In this document: in pieces, positions 28,941 to 39,337 of the stretch
How the letters are laid out: each line of letters begins with the position of its first letter
Numbering within the stretch: position 1 is the first letter of the stretch
Virus record (IMG/VR): IMGVR_UViG_3300046168_000070
Span: 129,845-193,844 of that record
DNA: 64,000 nt
Source of the DNA: a virus
Strand: one strand, 5' to 3'
Notes under the pieces: generated by a model
What the model saw: only the letters and a program-made list of their open reading frames with translations
Databases searched by the model: none
What the model was told of the DNA's origin: nothing
Made by a program: the position numbers and the translations under genes

Positions 28941-31900
28941 ATGGCTAAGAAGAATAATGTAAGACATAAGCCTGAGTTAGCTCAACAAAAAAACATAGAC
29001 AGGCACGTTGGGGAAGGCATTTCTTCAAAAGATTTTATTGTATTAAATGATGGTAAGATTGGAATAAATTTACCAGAGAATATTATCGGAGAATTAGGGA
29101 GTATAGATCCGAGAGTAGAATTAGATGTTGTAGGCGGAGCTAGATTTACTAGTGATTTAGAAGTTAGTGGTTATGGGATTTTTGGGGGGGATATAGATGG
29201 TGGAGGCCATATTAAGGTTAGAGACGAAATAACTGGAGGTGGGTATTTAAAAATCGGAGGCGATATAGATGGAGGAGGCCATCTTAGAGTAAAAGACGAA
29301 ATTACTGGCGGAGGTTACCTAAGGATCGGGGGCGATATAGACGGGGGCGGACACCTTAAAGTAAAGAATGAAATTACTGGGGGAGGCTACTTGAAGGTCG
29401 GGGGCGATATAGATGGAGGCGGACATCTTAAAGTAAAGGATGAAATTACTGGCGGAGGCTACTTGAAGGTCGGAGGTGATATAGACGGAGGCGGACATCT
29501 TAAAGTAAAGGATGAAATTACTGGCGGAGGCTACTTGAAGGTCGGGGGTGATATAGATGGAGGCGGACATCTTAAAGTAAAAGATGAAATTACTGGCGGA
29601 GGCTACTTGAAGGTCGGAGGCGATGCAAATATTTATGGAGACGCCTGGCTTCACAATGACTTAACTTTAGGTAATGATTTCTTAGTTAGTGGAGACTCGA
29701 GTTTTTTAGATACCGTTACAGTCGGGGATCCTTTTGAGCAGGATATAGCAACTTTTGCTGGTTCAGAAATTACATTAGGATCACAAAACTCTGGAGTATT
29801 AGCAGAGTTTGATGATGGGATTAAATTTTATGAAAGACCAACCGTAAGCGGAACTGGAGTTCTTCTAATTGGCGAAATTGATTCTAAGATATTTTCTAAA
29901 ATCAAAGTAGACGGGAATGGCGAAATAACGGGAGATTTATCAGTTGGAGGAAATCTTTATGTTTCGGGAGATACGTTCGTTCAGTCTGTTACAGATGTTT
30001 CCGTGACTGGCGATATTAGTGGTTATTCGATTGAGGGCGTTAGTGGTATATTTGAGACTGGAATTTTTCAGAGTGGATATTTTCAAAATTTATTAATTTA
30101 TAAATATTTAGATGTATTAAGTGGAATAACATCAAGCGGCTACCAAGTTTTAACTGAAGCAGATACAGGTATATATGATACTTTTTATTTAAATTCAAAT
30201 CCTAGTAATTTTATCAGCGAAGCTGAAGCGGTAGCTAGGTTTACGCCAACTGAGCCAGATCCATTTTGCTTTTTTTATGACGCAGAAAACCATAGAGGGA
30301 ATATATTAAAAACTTATTACCCGACAGAAGTCTCTAATAGGCCAGAAACTATATTATCTGGAATTTCTGTTTCGACCGCAAGAGATATTACTTTGAAGCT
30401 TAGATTTCATGGGCCTGATTATGCTTATGTTGGCTCTGGGTTTATAGATAGTAGTCAAATTCCAGTAAATAGGATAGAAGAGTATGGCACAGGAACTAGA
30501 GCTTTCAATGGATCATATAGATCTAATTTTAATGGAGAAACCACAATAACAGGCGAAGCTAATGGGAGGCAGGCTGTTATTACTATACACGAATTTGGAG
30601 AACCTCGAAATCCTACTGGACTTTACATTGATTTATATTCAAACTCCATACCTAAGCCTGGAGAAAACCAAGGAACTACAGCCTTAAAAAGTGGAGATAA
30701 AATTAATGTATTTGCTGAATTTGATCATAAAGAAATTGGAGCTATAACAATTTTACAGTCTGGAATTTCTCAATACGAGCAAAAATATTACAATAAAGAA
30801 TATTACCCATACGAATACGAAAATTATTTTAATTTTACAAATGATGGAGGTATTACATATTTATTTCAAAAAGAAATTACTGTTTCAAATGAAGTTGGGG
30901 ATCAAGGTTTTGCTGTTAAAATAGAAAATCCTCCTGGGGATGAATCTAATCCAGTTACATCAATAGATATAGGACTGTCTAGCGGCGTTAGACTTTTAAA
31001 TCAAGATTACCCTTCTGTTTTAGCTGGCATAGCCACTAACAGTGGTTATTATAGCGCTGGAAATGGATTGCATAATGTAGTAGCTTTGCATTATGATTTT
31101 CTAAATAATACTGGGAGTGATTTTATTATTACGGGAGAAATATTAAATTGGGATAGTACTACCGACTCAGTAACATATACCAAAGGAATTGATGGGTCTA
31201 GGGATAGATATAATTTATATGATAATATAACTTTAAACTCTAATTCAGTTGACTTTTCTTTAGCTGAAGAAGTTTTATCTAGTACAGGCAGGTTTGGAAC
31301 TAAAGCTGTTCAATATTCCACAGGGTTCCATAGTGAAGAAATACTTAGAATTTCTGGAGCAAAGGAATCAAATGGCGCTACTAATTTTTTAGATCTTATT
31401 ATACCTATAGAAAATGGACCTCAAGTCTCTGGCGCTTGGCTTGATAGCGTAGCTTCTGATTCTGTGCAACCAAATATAATCGGAACAACAGAAATTAAGG
31501 GTACTGATACAATTAGTGGATTTGCATATGTCTCTACGAAGGGTATTTTAGATTTATCTGCATCAAGTAATCCTGAGGATTTTAAATATCATGTACAGTT
31601 TAAATTAGAAGATTACGGAATCACTGAAGGTTCCGATTGGTTTTATCCTAATACGGTCGAACATTATTGCGATATAACTAAAGCTGGATCTACAGGCGAA
31701 ATGGTCTTATTTGGTTTTGATATAGATGTTACAGAATTGACTAGTAGAGATACCCAAAAAACATTTAAAATTTCATCAAGAATACATACTAGCGGAAATG
31801 AAACAAACGCTGGAAGTTTATTTCAAGCAGATACGATCCAGGGAGTAAATAATTATATAAGTGGACAATATGAACCGCTTGAGTCAAATAACTCGGAAGT

Positions 31901-32942
31901 ATATAAAGCTGGGTACGGATCAGGTATAGATTGCGATCCTTTCCCTGGTAAATTAAATCAAGCTCCACCAGAAGTCAATAATTCAGATTATCCAGAATTT
32001 TCAATATCTTTAATTGATTACCCAATAAGTCAAAGTGGATTAAAGGGAACTGAAACTGGTACTATATTTCATACAGCATCAAATTATGACAGTATCATAT
32101 ATTCTAATACAGGATTTGCAACAGGACAAATTGAATTTAATAATATAGAAGTATTTGAGCCAGCTAAATCAGTGCAGCGAACGGGCGGAGGTTATAACGT
32201 TGATCAAAATAATTTTATTATCACAGGTATAAAAACATCTAATGGAATGGTTAGGTCTATAGCTGACGTTGTTAATATAGCTGATACTGCACCAACGTAT
32301 AAAGTTTGTGATTTACCAACAGGCTTAAGTTCAATCTATGGAACTCCAAAAGATTACCATTTTTTTATTCAATCAGATCAAATCATGGTAAATGAAGTTG
32401 ATTTAGCTGTAGACCCAACCCAAATTAATGCTCCTAATTTAACAAAAAGTATAGCTAATCAATTTCCGACAGAAATACCAAATAATTTCATTATTTCAGT
32501 TTTAGATGAAAATACTAGAGGTGAATTTAATTTTGAGTTTACTGGATCAGGAATTGGGGGACAGGTTTCAACAACTTTAATTAACCCAGAGTATATTATT
32601 AGCGGTTTTGAGAGTAGAGAAATATATGCACTGCCCCAAAGCTTGTCTGCAGGCTTGGCTGAGATTTCAGGAGTTAACGTTTTTGATCCTTCTGGTGTTA
32701 TTTTAGAAAATACGTCGAAAGGTGGAACCGCTCCTAGTGGCGGCACTTTTTTTGAGTATCAGTATTATGCAGATGGAATTCAGATGGGGCCTGGGACTGA
32801 TATAGTTGATAAATTTACAACTACAAACTCACAAGGTTTAACAACAGGATTTGGAGCCACTCACATTTTTAATTTAGATAAATTAAATAGAGCTGCAAAT
32901 GCCGCGCTACCAGGAGCGAAATTTTTAATTAGAGAGGAATAA
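28941..32942 (+). CDS. Large virion structural / fibre-associated protein (1333 aa)
   Basis: KIGINLPE...LDVVGG fibre motif, 24-aa Gly-rich repeats, GDLSVGGNLYVSG modules shared with the next gene, long beta-rich C-terminal region. Confidence 0.7.
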   Translation: MAKKNNVRHKPELAQQKNIDRHVGEGISSKDFIVLNDGKIGINLPENIIGELGSIDPRVELDVVGGARFTSDLEVSGYGIFGGDIDGGGHIKVRDEITGGGYLKIGGDIDGGGHLRVKDEITGGGYLRIGGDIDGGGHLKVKNEITGGGYLKVGGDIDGGGHLKVKDEITGGGYLKVGGDIDGGGHLKVKDEITGGGYLKVGGDIDGGGHLKVKDEITGGGYLKVGGDANIYGDAWLHNDLTLGNDFLVSGDSSFLDTVTVGDPFEQDIATFAGSEITLGSQNSGVLAEFDDGIKFYERPTVSGTGVLLIGEIDSKIFSKIKVDGNGEITGDLSVGGNLYVSGDTFVQSVTDVSVTGDISGYSIEGVSGIFETGIFQSGYFQNLLIYKYLDVLSGITSSGYQVLTEADTGIYDTFYLNSNPSNFISEAEAVARFTPTEPDPFCFFYDAENHRGNILKTYYPTEVSNRPETILSGISVSTARDITLKLRFHGPDYAYVGSGFIDSSQIPVNRIEEYGTGTRAFNGSYRSNFNGETTITGEANGRQAVITIHEFGEPRNPTGLYIDLYSNSIPKPGENQGTTALKSGDKINVFAEFDHKEIGAITILQSGISQYEQKYYNKEYYPYEYENYFNFTNDGGITYLFQKEITVSNEVGDQGFAVKIENPPGDESNPVTSIDIGLSSGVRLLNQDYPSVLAGIATNSGYYSAGNGLHNVVALHYDFLNNTGSDFIITGEILNWDSTTDSVTYTKGIDGSRDRYNLYDNITLNSNSVDFSLAEEVLSSTGRFGTKAVQYSTGFHSEEILRISGAKESNGATNFLDLIIPIENGPQVSGAWLDSVASDSVQPNIIGTTEIKGTDTISGFAYVSTKGILDLSASSNPEDFKYHVQFKLEDYGITEGSDWFYPNTVEHYCDITKAGSTGEMVLFGFDIDVTELTSRDTQKTFKISSRIHTSGNETNAGSLFQADTIQGVNNYISGQYEPLESNNSEVYKAGYGSGIDCDPFPGKLNQAPPEVNNSDYPEFSISLIDYPISQSGLKGTETGTIFHTASNYDSIIYSNTGFATGQIEFNNIEVFEPAKSVQRTGGGYNVDQNNFIITGIKTSNGMVRSIADVVNIADTAPTYKVCDLPTGLSSIYGTPKDYHFFIQSDQIMVNEVDLAVDPTQINAPNLTKSIANQFPTEIPNNFIISVLDENTRGEFNFEFTGSGIGGQVSTTLINPEYIISGFESREIYALPQSLSAGLAEISGVNVFDPSGVILENTSKGGTAPSGGTFFEYQYYADGIQMGPGTDIVDKFTTTNSQGLTTGFGATHIFNLDKLNRAANAALPGAKFLIREE
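29184..29615 (+). repeat. 72-bp (24-aa) tandem repeat, 6 copies
   Basis: GGDIDGGGHLKVKDEITGGGYLKV x6. Confidence 0.95.
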
Positions 32943-32943
32943 A

Positions 32944-35445
32944 ATGAGTAATTCTTTTGAAGATTTTGTAAATAATAATTTAGGCATAAGAATGCCTTTA
33001 ATTGAGGATAATGGACATCCTCACAGTAGCTCTAAGGCTGCGGGAATATTAGGTTCTAAGTATTTAGATTTAAACAATAACTATCTATACGAAAAAACAG
33101 GAGAAGATAATTCTAGTGACTGGGTTAAAATCGCTTCTTTAGGAGAGCGCAGAGATGTAGCAAGAGGCCCTAATTTTTCAATACAATTTAATAGTGGCGA
33201 TGTATTAGCTGGTAATCAATATCTAACTTTTTTAAATAATGAATTAAGTGGCGTCAGTGGGTTTTTCGACGAGCTTAAAGTTGAGACAATTATAGCGGAT
33301 AGTATGGAGGTTACTGGAGATTTAGCTGTAGGCGGAGATTTTTATGCATCAGGTGAAGCTTTCTTTGGAGAAGAAAAACCGAGTCTTAATAGGGCTGTTT
33401 TTTCTATTCAACCCAGTAGCCTTAGGGGGCATAATGATGCTGGGCAGGTTCGCGGAGGCCCGCAATCGAGTCAAGCTAATGGAAATATAACAATAGACAT
33501 AACTAGCACTAGTCCTTATTTCGGGAAATACAGTAGCTTAAGAATGGATTTTAAGAAGAATGGGGGTTCTTACAGTTTTTCTACAAGCGGGAACGTCTTA
33601 ACAATCAATGTTCCGATGCTAACAGGCAAGGGGCTGTCTAATGCCCGCTGGTATCCAAACGTTGGAACAGTTAGAGATTGGTTGAATACTCAAGTTGGCG
33701 TTTCCGCAGTTCTTAGTTCTGGTGTAGATCCAAACAAATCTGGGATACAGGCTGATGGACCAGGTTACATATACCCTGAGAGAGCTATAACAAAAAGTAT
33801 ACAAAGCTTAGGATTCCATTATGATTTAGTATATTCTGGAGAACAACTGAGTGGTGCCAGTGGATTTTTTGATGACTTTAAAGTAAGTGGAGATTTAGCT
33901 GTAGGTGGAAACCTTTATGTTTCAGGTGAGACTTTTATTCAGTCAGTCACAGATGTTTCGGTAACTGGGGATATTAGCGGGTATAGACTTGAGGGAACTA
34001 GTGGAGTATTTGATATAACAACTGGAGCCAGCGGTATCTTTGATTTAACAAGCGGAAGTAGTGGAGACTTTGATAATCTTTTTGTCTCTGGGGTTTCAGA
34101 AATAACATCAGGGCAGTTTTCTAAACAACTTACAATCAGCGGAATGACTGTGTTGACTGGGATTGATGACATTAGAACGAAAGCTGGAGGTCCAGATTAC
34201 GCGATACAATATGGAAGTGGTACTGGTTTTTATGGAAGTTCGAATTTAATATATTCTGGAGAACAGTTGAGTGGCGCTAGTGGATTTTTTGATGACTTTA
34301 AGGTTACTGGAGATCTGGCTGTAGGTGGAAACCTTTATGTTTCAGGTGAGACTTTTATTCAGTCAGTCACAGATGTTTCGGTAACTGGAGATATTAGCGG
34401 GTATAGACTTGAGGGAACTAGTGGAGTATTTGATATAACAACTGGAGTCAGCGGTATCTTTGATTTAACAAGCGGAAGTAGTGGAGACTTTGATAATCTT
34501 TTTGTCTCTGGGGTTTCAGAAATAACATCAGGGCAGTTTTCTGAACAACTTACAATCAGCGGCATGACCGTGTTGACTGGAGTTGAAACAGGGCATTTTA
34601 TCACTACTGGAGAAACTGGGATCTTTGTGACTACAGGTCAAACAGGAGATTTCGTTACTACTGGGTTGACGGGAGATTTTGTTACTACTGGGTTGACGGG
34701 AGATTTCGTAACTACTGGAGAAACTGGGATCTTTGTCACTACAGGTCAAACAGGAGATTTCGTTACTACTGGGTTGACGGGAGATTTCGTTACTACTGGG
34801 TTGACGGGAGATTTCGTAACTACTGGAGAAACTGGGATCTTTGTCACTACAGGTCAAACAGGAGATTTCGTTACTACTGGGTTGACGGGAGATTTCGTAA
34901 CTACTGGAGAAACTGGGATCTTTGTCACTACAGGTCAAACAGGAGATTTCGTTACTACTGGGTTGACGGGGGATTTCGTAACTACTGGAGAAACTGGAAT
35001 CTTTGTCACTACAGGTCAAACAGGAGATTTCGTTACTACTGGGTTGACGGGAGATTTCGTAACTACTGGAGAAACTGGAATCTTTGTCACTACAGGTCAA
35101 ACAGGAGATTTCGTTACTACTGGGTTGACGGGAGATTTCGTAACTACTGGAGAAACAGGGAGCTTTATTAATACAGGCACCGTTGTAGAATATATTGCTG
35201 AATTAAAAGGTTCAAACTCTTACTCTGAATTAGAGTATAATGCTAGTGGAGATGTAACAGGTTTGTTCACTTGGCCTAATGATAGTCAAGATTATTTAGT
35301 AAAAACAAAAAAGTTAACATATAATCAATCTGGATTATTGACTGGTGTAATACTAACTGAAGGTTTATTAGATGTGAAATTAATTACTGAATTAACATAT
35401 GATTCGAGCGGGAATCTAGAAAGCATAAAAAAGGATTACGCATGA
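32944..35445 (+). CDS. Virion structural / fibre protein with an inserted domain (33391-33780), a 420-bp duplication and a 9-aa repeat stalk
   Basis: Gly/Ser/Thr-rich fibre modules; repeats visible in both DNA and protein. Confidence 0.7.
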   Translation: MSNSFEDFVNNNLGIRMPLIEDNGHPHSSSKAAGILGSKYLDLNNNYLYEKTGEDNSSDWVKIASLGERRDVARGPNFSIQFNSGDVLAGNQYLTFLNNELSGVSGFFDELKVETIIADSMEVTGDLAVGGDFYASGEAFFGEEKPSLNRAVFSIQPSSLRGHNDAGQVRGGPQSSQANGNITIDITSTSPYFGKYSSLRMDFKKNGGSYSFSTSGNVLTINVPMLTGKGLSNARWYPNVGTVRDWLNTQVGVSAVLSSGVDPNKSGIQADGPGYIYPERAITKSIQSLGFHYDLVYSGEQLSGASGFFDDFKVSGDLAVGGNLYVSGETFIQSVTDVSVTGDISGYRLEGTSGVFDITTGASGIFDLTSGSSGDFDNLFVSGVSEITSGQFSKQLTISGMTVLTGIDDIRTKAGGPDYAIQYGSGTGFYGSSNLIYSGEQLSGASGFFDDFKVTGDLAVGGNLYVSGETFIQSVTDVSVTGDISGYRLEGTSGVFDITTGVSGIFDLTSGSSGDFDNLFVSGVSEITSGQFSEQLTISGMTVLTGVETGHFITTGETGIFVTTGQTGDFVTTGLTGDFVTTGLTGDFVTTGETGIFVTTGQTGDFVTTGLTGDFVTTGLTGDFVTTGETGIFVTTGQTGDFVTTGLTGDFVTTGETGIFVTTGQTGDFVTTGLTGDFVTTGETGIFVTTGQTGDFVTTGLTGDFVTTGETGIFVTTGQTGDFVTTGLTGDFVTTGETGSFINTGTVVEYIAELKGSNSYSELEYNASGDVTGLFTWPNDSQDYLVKTKKLTYNQSGLLTGVILTEGLLDVKLITELTYDSSGNLESIKKDYA
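33826..34581 (+). repeat. Direct duplication of ~335 bp at 420-bp offset
   Basis: 33826-34161 nearly identical to 34246-34581 (YSGEQLSGASGFFDDFKV...LTISGMTVLTG). Confidence 0.9.
34591..35157 (+). repeat. 27-bp (9-aa) tandem repeat, 21 units, with higher-order pattern
   Basis: Units GDFVTTGLT, GDFVTTGET, GIFVTTGQT. Confidence 0.95.
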
Positions 35446-37736
35446 GTTTTTCTGAAGAAAGTAACAAGATTACGCAAACAGGGACTGACACCGATCTTAC
35501 TGGGTTAAATGCAGTGACAGGAGTAACTACTACAACTCGTGGAAATCACACTACTTATACAATTGCTTCCACTCATTTCCTAGAGGTTCAAGGAACTCTT
35601 AGCATTGATCCTGCCTATGAGACCTTGCAATTGATGAAGCAAGCAATCAATGCAAATAGTGGACATCCACTCACAGTAACAGGCACACTGAATCTAGGTG
35701 TGAAAACTTCTGCCAATGGAAAAGATAAATACTCAGTCGGAGTGGGTATTGATTTACCAAATGAGAATTTGACTGGTCAGATGTATCGTTTCTTTGGAAT
35801 TTCGTTTGGTAGCAATTCTACATTCTTGTGGAATGGTGGAATAATTCGTACTACTGCAACTTTGCGAACTGCAAATGGGGCAACTGTCACAGTCAATAGT
35901 GGGATCTTTTACAACCTTGCAGTCCAAGGATTATCTAACACAAACACATCTCAGTTCAGAATCGAGTCCTCTAATTCTACGAATGATGCTAAAATAAACA
36001 TTTACGATTTAACTTTTGATGGTGAAACTTTGGAGTCTAGGATTTTCACCAAGAGTGGATGGAATGTTGGAATCTTTAAATTTAAAAAAGGTGGATTTCA
36101 GAGTTATAATTCGCCATTTCCACCACTGACTTTTGATAACTTTGATACTAGTCCAAACTTGCATGGCTTTGACATTATCAATGTTACGAGGACACAAGCA
36201 GATGGAGAAACAATTACGATTAAAGGGTTCTCTGACAGACTAAGAGTCGAGCTTGATACTGGCAGAGATAATTTCATGTATCTCAAATGCGTCAGACCTA
36301 TAAGTTTAGTAGTCGAAGATTTAAATGGTAACCCATTAACCTATTCGTATTACGCTAAAGATTTAGATAGTAGCAACAGAGCATTGGGGCCAAAAAAACA
36401 AGATGATAGATCTGATAAGATTTACAATGGAGTCAACCAGACTAGCAATCTAGATGAAGATGTTTTGGTCGAGGTAATTAATTACATTAATAGGACCATC
36501 ACCACTGATTCTCGCACCAACTCAAATTCAGAAATTCCATTCTCTATTATTGCATACAACCAAACTATCACTGGATTTGCAGAGGATTTAGTTGGACTCG
36601 ACACTTTGCAAAGCACAGTTAAAATGACACCAGATCTGGTAGTATCCGAAGCAACAAAATCAGTTGTGGATGCGTATTCTTCAATAGACACACCGCAAAA
36701 ATTTTACGACATAGCAAAATCTTATCTCGTTGATAATTATGCAGGTGAAGCATCACCATTAGTATCAAGAAGTGGAAATACTATAAATGCTGGTTCATAT
36801 AATGTAGTAATTGATAATTCATCTATGAACGCTTTTTCTTTGAGTGGAAACACTATTACAATCAAGTCACCTTCTTTTACTGGAAATATTATAACATTAG
36901 GTATCGTTACCCTTATTGGTTCTATTAGTTACGTCGGGACAATTACTGATGTAAATGGAGTCAGGTCATTTGGTGCTTATGAGGTTAATAATTTAATTAG
37001 CGGAAGTAGGGTTCAGGTATATAATACAACTACAGGCACCGAAATTTATAATCAAATAGTTAATTCGACAAGTTTTTCAGAAGGTTTTGATACCTCAATC
37101 ATGAATGATGGAGATGACCTTAGGATAAGAGTTGTTTATCAAAATGGAGCTACAGCAAAAGAGCCTCAAGAACTCTTGGCTACTTGTAGATATCCATCAT
37201 GGGGGGTAACCGCAAATCAAGAAGACGCAACTCAATACAATAATTATTCAGTAGACGGCTCTATAGTTTCTGAGTTTTTATTAGATTTAAAATTTTGTAG
37301 TTTATTTAAAGAATCAGGAGGAACAATTGATAGTGAAGGCGGAAGCTTTCTAGAGCTAGAGACCTGCCCAACAAATGCTATTATAGAGGTTGATATATCT
37401 GATGCGGATAATGCAACAAACATTCAAAGAGTAGGTTCTTGGTATTATGCTGAGCTAATGACTGGAGATGGTATAGCTTATTTATTCGGAGCTATAGATT
37501 GGATCGAGGCAAATCAAATTGCAATTGACCAGTCTAAAGTAGATTTAAAAATAGATAACATAAAACAAGTTCCTTTAATTCTAAAAGGGGGTAGATTATA
37601 TAGATTAGATGGGCAGACTATTATTGCTGATAATAGTAATTCGATTCAGGTAGATTATGATCCTGTCTATATAACCAATGCTCCTTTAATAGAAAAGATT
37701 GATAAAAACACAAAATTAATACCAGCTCTTCTTTAA
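35442..37736 (+). CDS. Tail-associated structural protein (764 aa)
   Basis: Thr/Asn/Gly-rich beta protein in the fibre cluster, overlapping the upstream stop (ATGA). Confidence 0.65.
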   Translation: MSFSEESNKITQTGTDTDLTGLNAVTGVTTTTRGNHTTYTIASTHFLEVQGTLSIDPAYETLQLMKQAINANSGHPLTVTGTLNLGVKTSANGKDKYSVGVGIDLPNENLTGQMYRFFGISFGSNSTFLWNGGIIRTTATLRTANGATVTVNSGIFYNLAVQGLSNTNTSQFRIESSNSTNDAKINIYDLTFDGETLESRIFTKSGWNVGIFKFKKGGFQSYNSPFPPLTFDNFDTSPNLHGFDIINVTRTQADGETITIKGFSDRLRVELDTGRDNFMYLKCVRPISLVVEDLNGNPLTYSYYAKDLDSSNRALGPKKQDDRSDKIYNGVNQTSNLDEDVLVEVINYINRTITTDSRTNSNSEIPFSIIAYNQTITGFAEDLVGLDTLQSTVKMTPDLVVSEATKSVVDAYSSIDTPQKFYDIAKSYLVDNYAGEASPLVSRSGNTINAGSYNVVIDNSSMNAFSLSGNTITIKSPSFTGNIITLGIVTLIGSISYVGTITDVNGVRSFGAYEVNNLISGSRVQVYNTTTGTEIYNQIVNSTSFSEGFDTSIMNDGDDLRIRVVYQNGATAKEPQELLATCRYPSWGVTANQEDATQYNNYSVDGSIVSEFLLDLKFCSLFKESGGTIDSEGGSFLELETCPTNAIIEVDISDADNATNIQRVGSWYYAELMTGDGIAYLFGAIDWIEANQIAIDQSKVDLKIDNIKQVPLILKGGRLYRLDGQTIIADNSNSIQVDYDPVYITNAPLIEKIDKNTKLIPALL

Positions 37737-37738
37737 TT

Positions 37739-38294
37739 GTGTCACTAAGTTTTAAAAAAAAATATTTCAATAAATTAAGGTATAAATCTAAATATATTCA
37801 TTTAGAATACGAAGAATCATTAGAAATATATAAAAAAGCCAAATTTGAATTTTTAAAATCAGTATCTGAATATGCTGATAAAAATAAAAAAAATAATCCA
37901 TTCTTGATCGATTGTCCAAAAGCAAGACGAGGGTAAGGTTAAGGTAAATAAAGATGGAAAAAAAGTTTATAGAGAAATAGTTAATAAGACACATCCAGAC
38001 AAATTGATAAATTCGACAGAGAGTGAGCGCGAAAACCTTAAGGAATTATATAATGAGGCCTCTATAGCTAAAAATAAAAATGATTTAGACTCTTTATTTC
38101 GTATTGCATCTAAATTAAATATTGAAAATGAGGATATAACAATTGACTCTATAAATAGAATAGAAGAGCTAATAAAAGAAAAGGAAGACTATGTAGAAAA
38201 AATACATAAAGATGTAGCCTGGATATGGTATTACGCCAATAAAAAAGAAAGGGATATAATATTGGAGAATATTTTTTCAAAAATGTGTAACTAA
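37739..38294 (+). pseudogene. J-domain (DnaJ-like) protein split by a +1 frameshift at about 37908-37936
   Basis: The frame of ORF 38004 is open from 37908 and reads KKVYREIVNKTHPDKLINSTESERENLKELYNEA (HPD motif). ORF 37739-37936 supplies a plausible N-terminus in another frame. Confidence 0.7.
38285..38290 (+). promoter_or_regulatory. GTGTAA motif
   Basis: 12 nt before ATG 38303. Confidence 0.55.
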
Positions 38295-38302
38295 TAATAG
38301 CT

Positions 38303-39328
38303 ATGAGTTACATTCCAGAATATCACGAGAATTATTATAATGTAGAAGGTACTGCATATAATCAAGGAAAAATAGGTATCGGTACATTTAAACCTATAGA
38401 ATTACTCCATGTTAGTGGTGGAAATATACGTGTTGACGGTACGGGTTATATTGATGGAGACTTGAACGTAACTGGTAATTTAAATGTTTACGGAGAATCA
38501 ACCATTGGTTATACTGAGACTGTGGCAGCTGAGGATAAGAATATTGAATTAAATGTTAAGACTGGCGCTATTGGATCTAATTCTCATGCGGGAGCACTAA
38601 CTGATGATGTAGGCGCTCATGAAGGAGGATTAACAATCAAGAGTACGGATGGGGATCATACGTGGAATTGGCTTAATGACAATACGGGAGAAATTGTAAA
38701 AGCTTGGTCTTCTAATGAAAATATAATAGCTACGGGAGATAATAAAATATTTTTTAGAGATACTGGGTTATTTATACATAGCCCTTCAGATGGATTACTT
38801 AGGCTGCATTCTGATAGAGATGTAGATGTTGTAGGCGACTTAAGAGCCCATAATAATGTACACGTAGGAGAAAATTTGTATGTAAGTGGAAGCGGTTACA
38901 TAAAAGATAATTTTTATATTTCTGGAAGCGGTTACGTCGAGAATAATCTTTATGTATCTGGAAATAGTTACGTAGAAAATAATTTTTATCTAACTGGATC
39001 TGGATTTATAGAAGATGATTTATATATTTCAGGAAGCGGATTTATAGAAGACGAACTACATGTTACTGGAAAAGGATTTTTTAATAATAGAATTGATATT
39101 AGCGGAAACTTAAATTTCACTGGAGAATTATCAGATCCTAATGATCCTGACTATATATTAAGCGGATTGAGATTTAATGATGTGCCTTGGCGACAAGCTA
39201 TATGGGTGGATGCTCCAGCTACTCCATTATCGCAAGGAACTTCTGGAGAGATTGCTAACGATGATGATTATTTTTACGTTTGCGTTGGTGAAAATAATTG
39301 GAAAAGGTCTGCCTTAACAACTTGGTAA
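38303..39328 (+). CDS. Tail fibre-like protein
   Basis: KIGIGTFKPIELLHVSGG motif, EDKNIELN module, 12-aa LYVSGSGYI repeats, C-terminal PLSQGTSGEIANDDDYFYVCVGENNWKRSALTTW. Confidence 0.75.
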   Translation: MSYIPEYHENYYNVEGTAYNQGKIGIGTFKPIELLHVSGGNIRVDGTGYIDGDLNVTGNLNVYGESTIGYTETVAAEDKNIELNVKTGAIGSNSHAGALTDDVGAHEGGLTIKSTDGDHTWNWLNDNTGEIVKAWSSNENIIATGDNKIFFRDTGLFIHSPSDGLLRLHSDRDVDVVGDLRAHNNVHVGENLYVSGSGYIKDNFYISGSGYVENNLYVSGNSYVENNFYLTGSGFIEDDLYISGSGFIEDELHVTGKGFFNNRIDISGNLNFTGELSDPNDPDYILSGLRFNDVPWRQAIWVDAPATPLSQGTSGEIANDDDYFYVCVGENNWKRSALTTW

Positions 39329-39337
39329 GAAAAAGAG

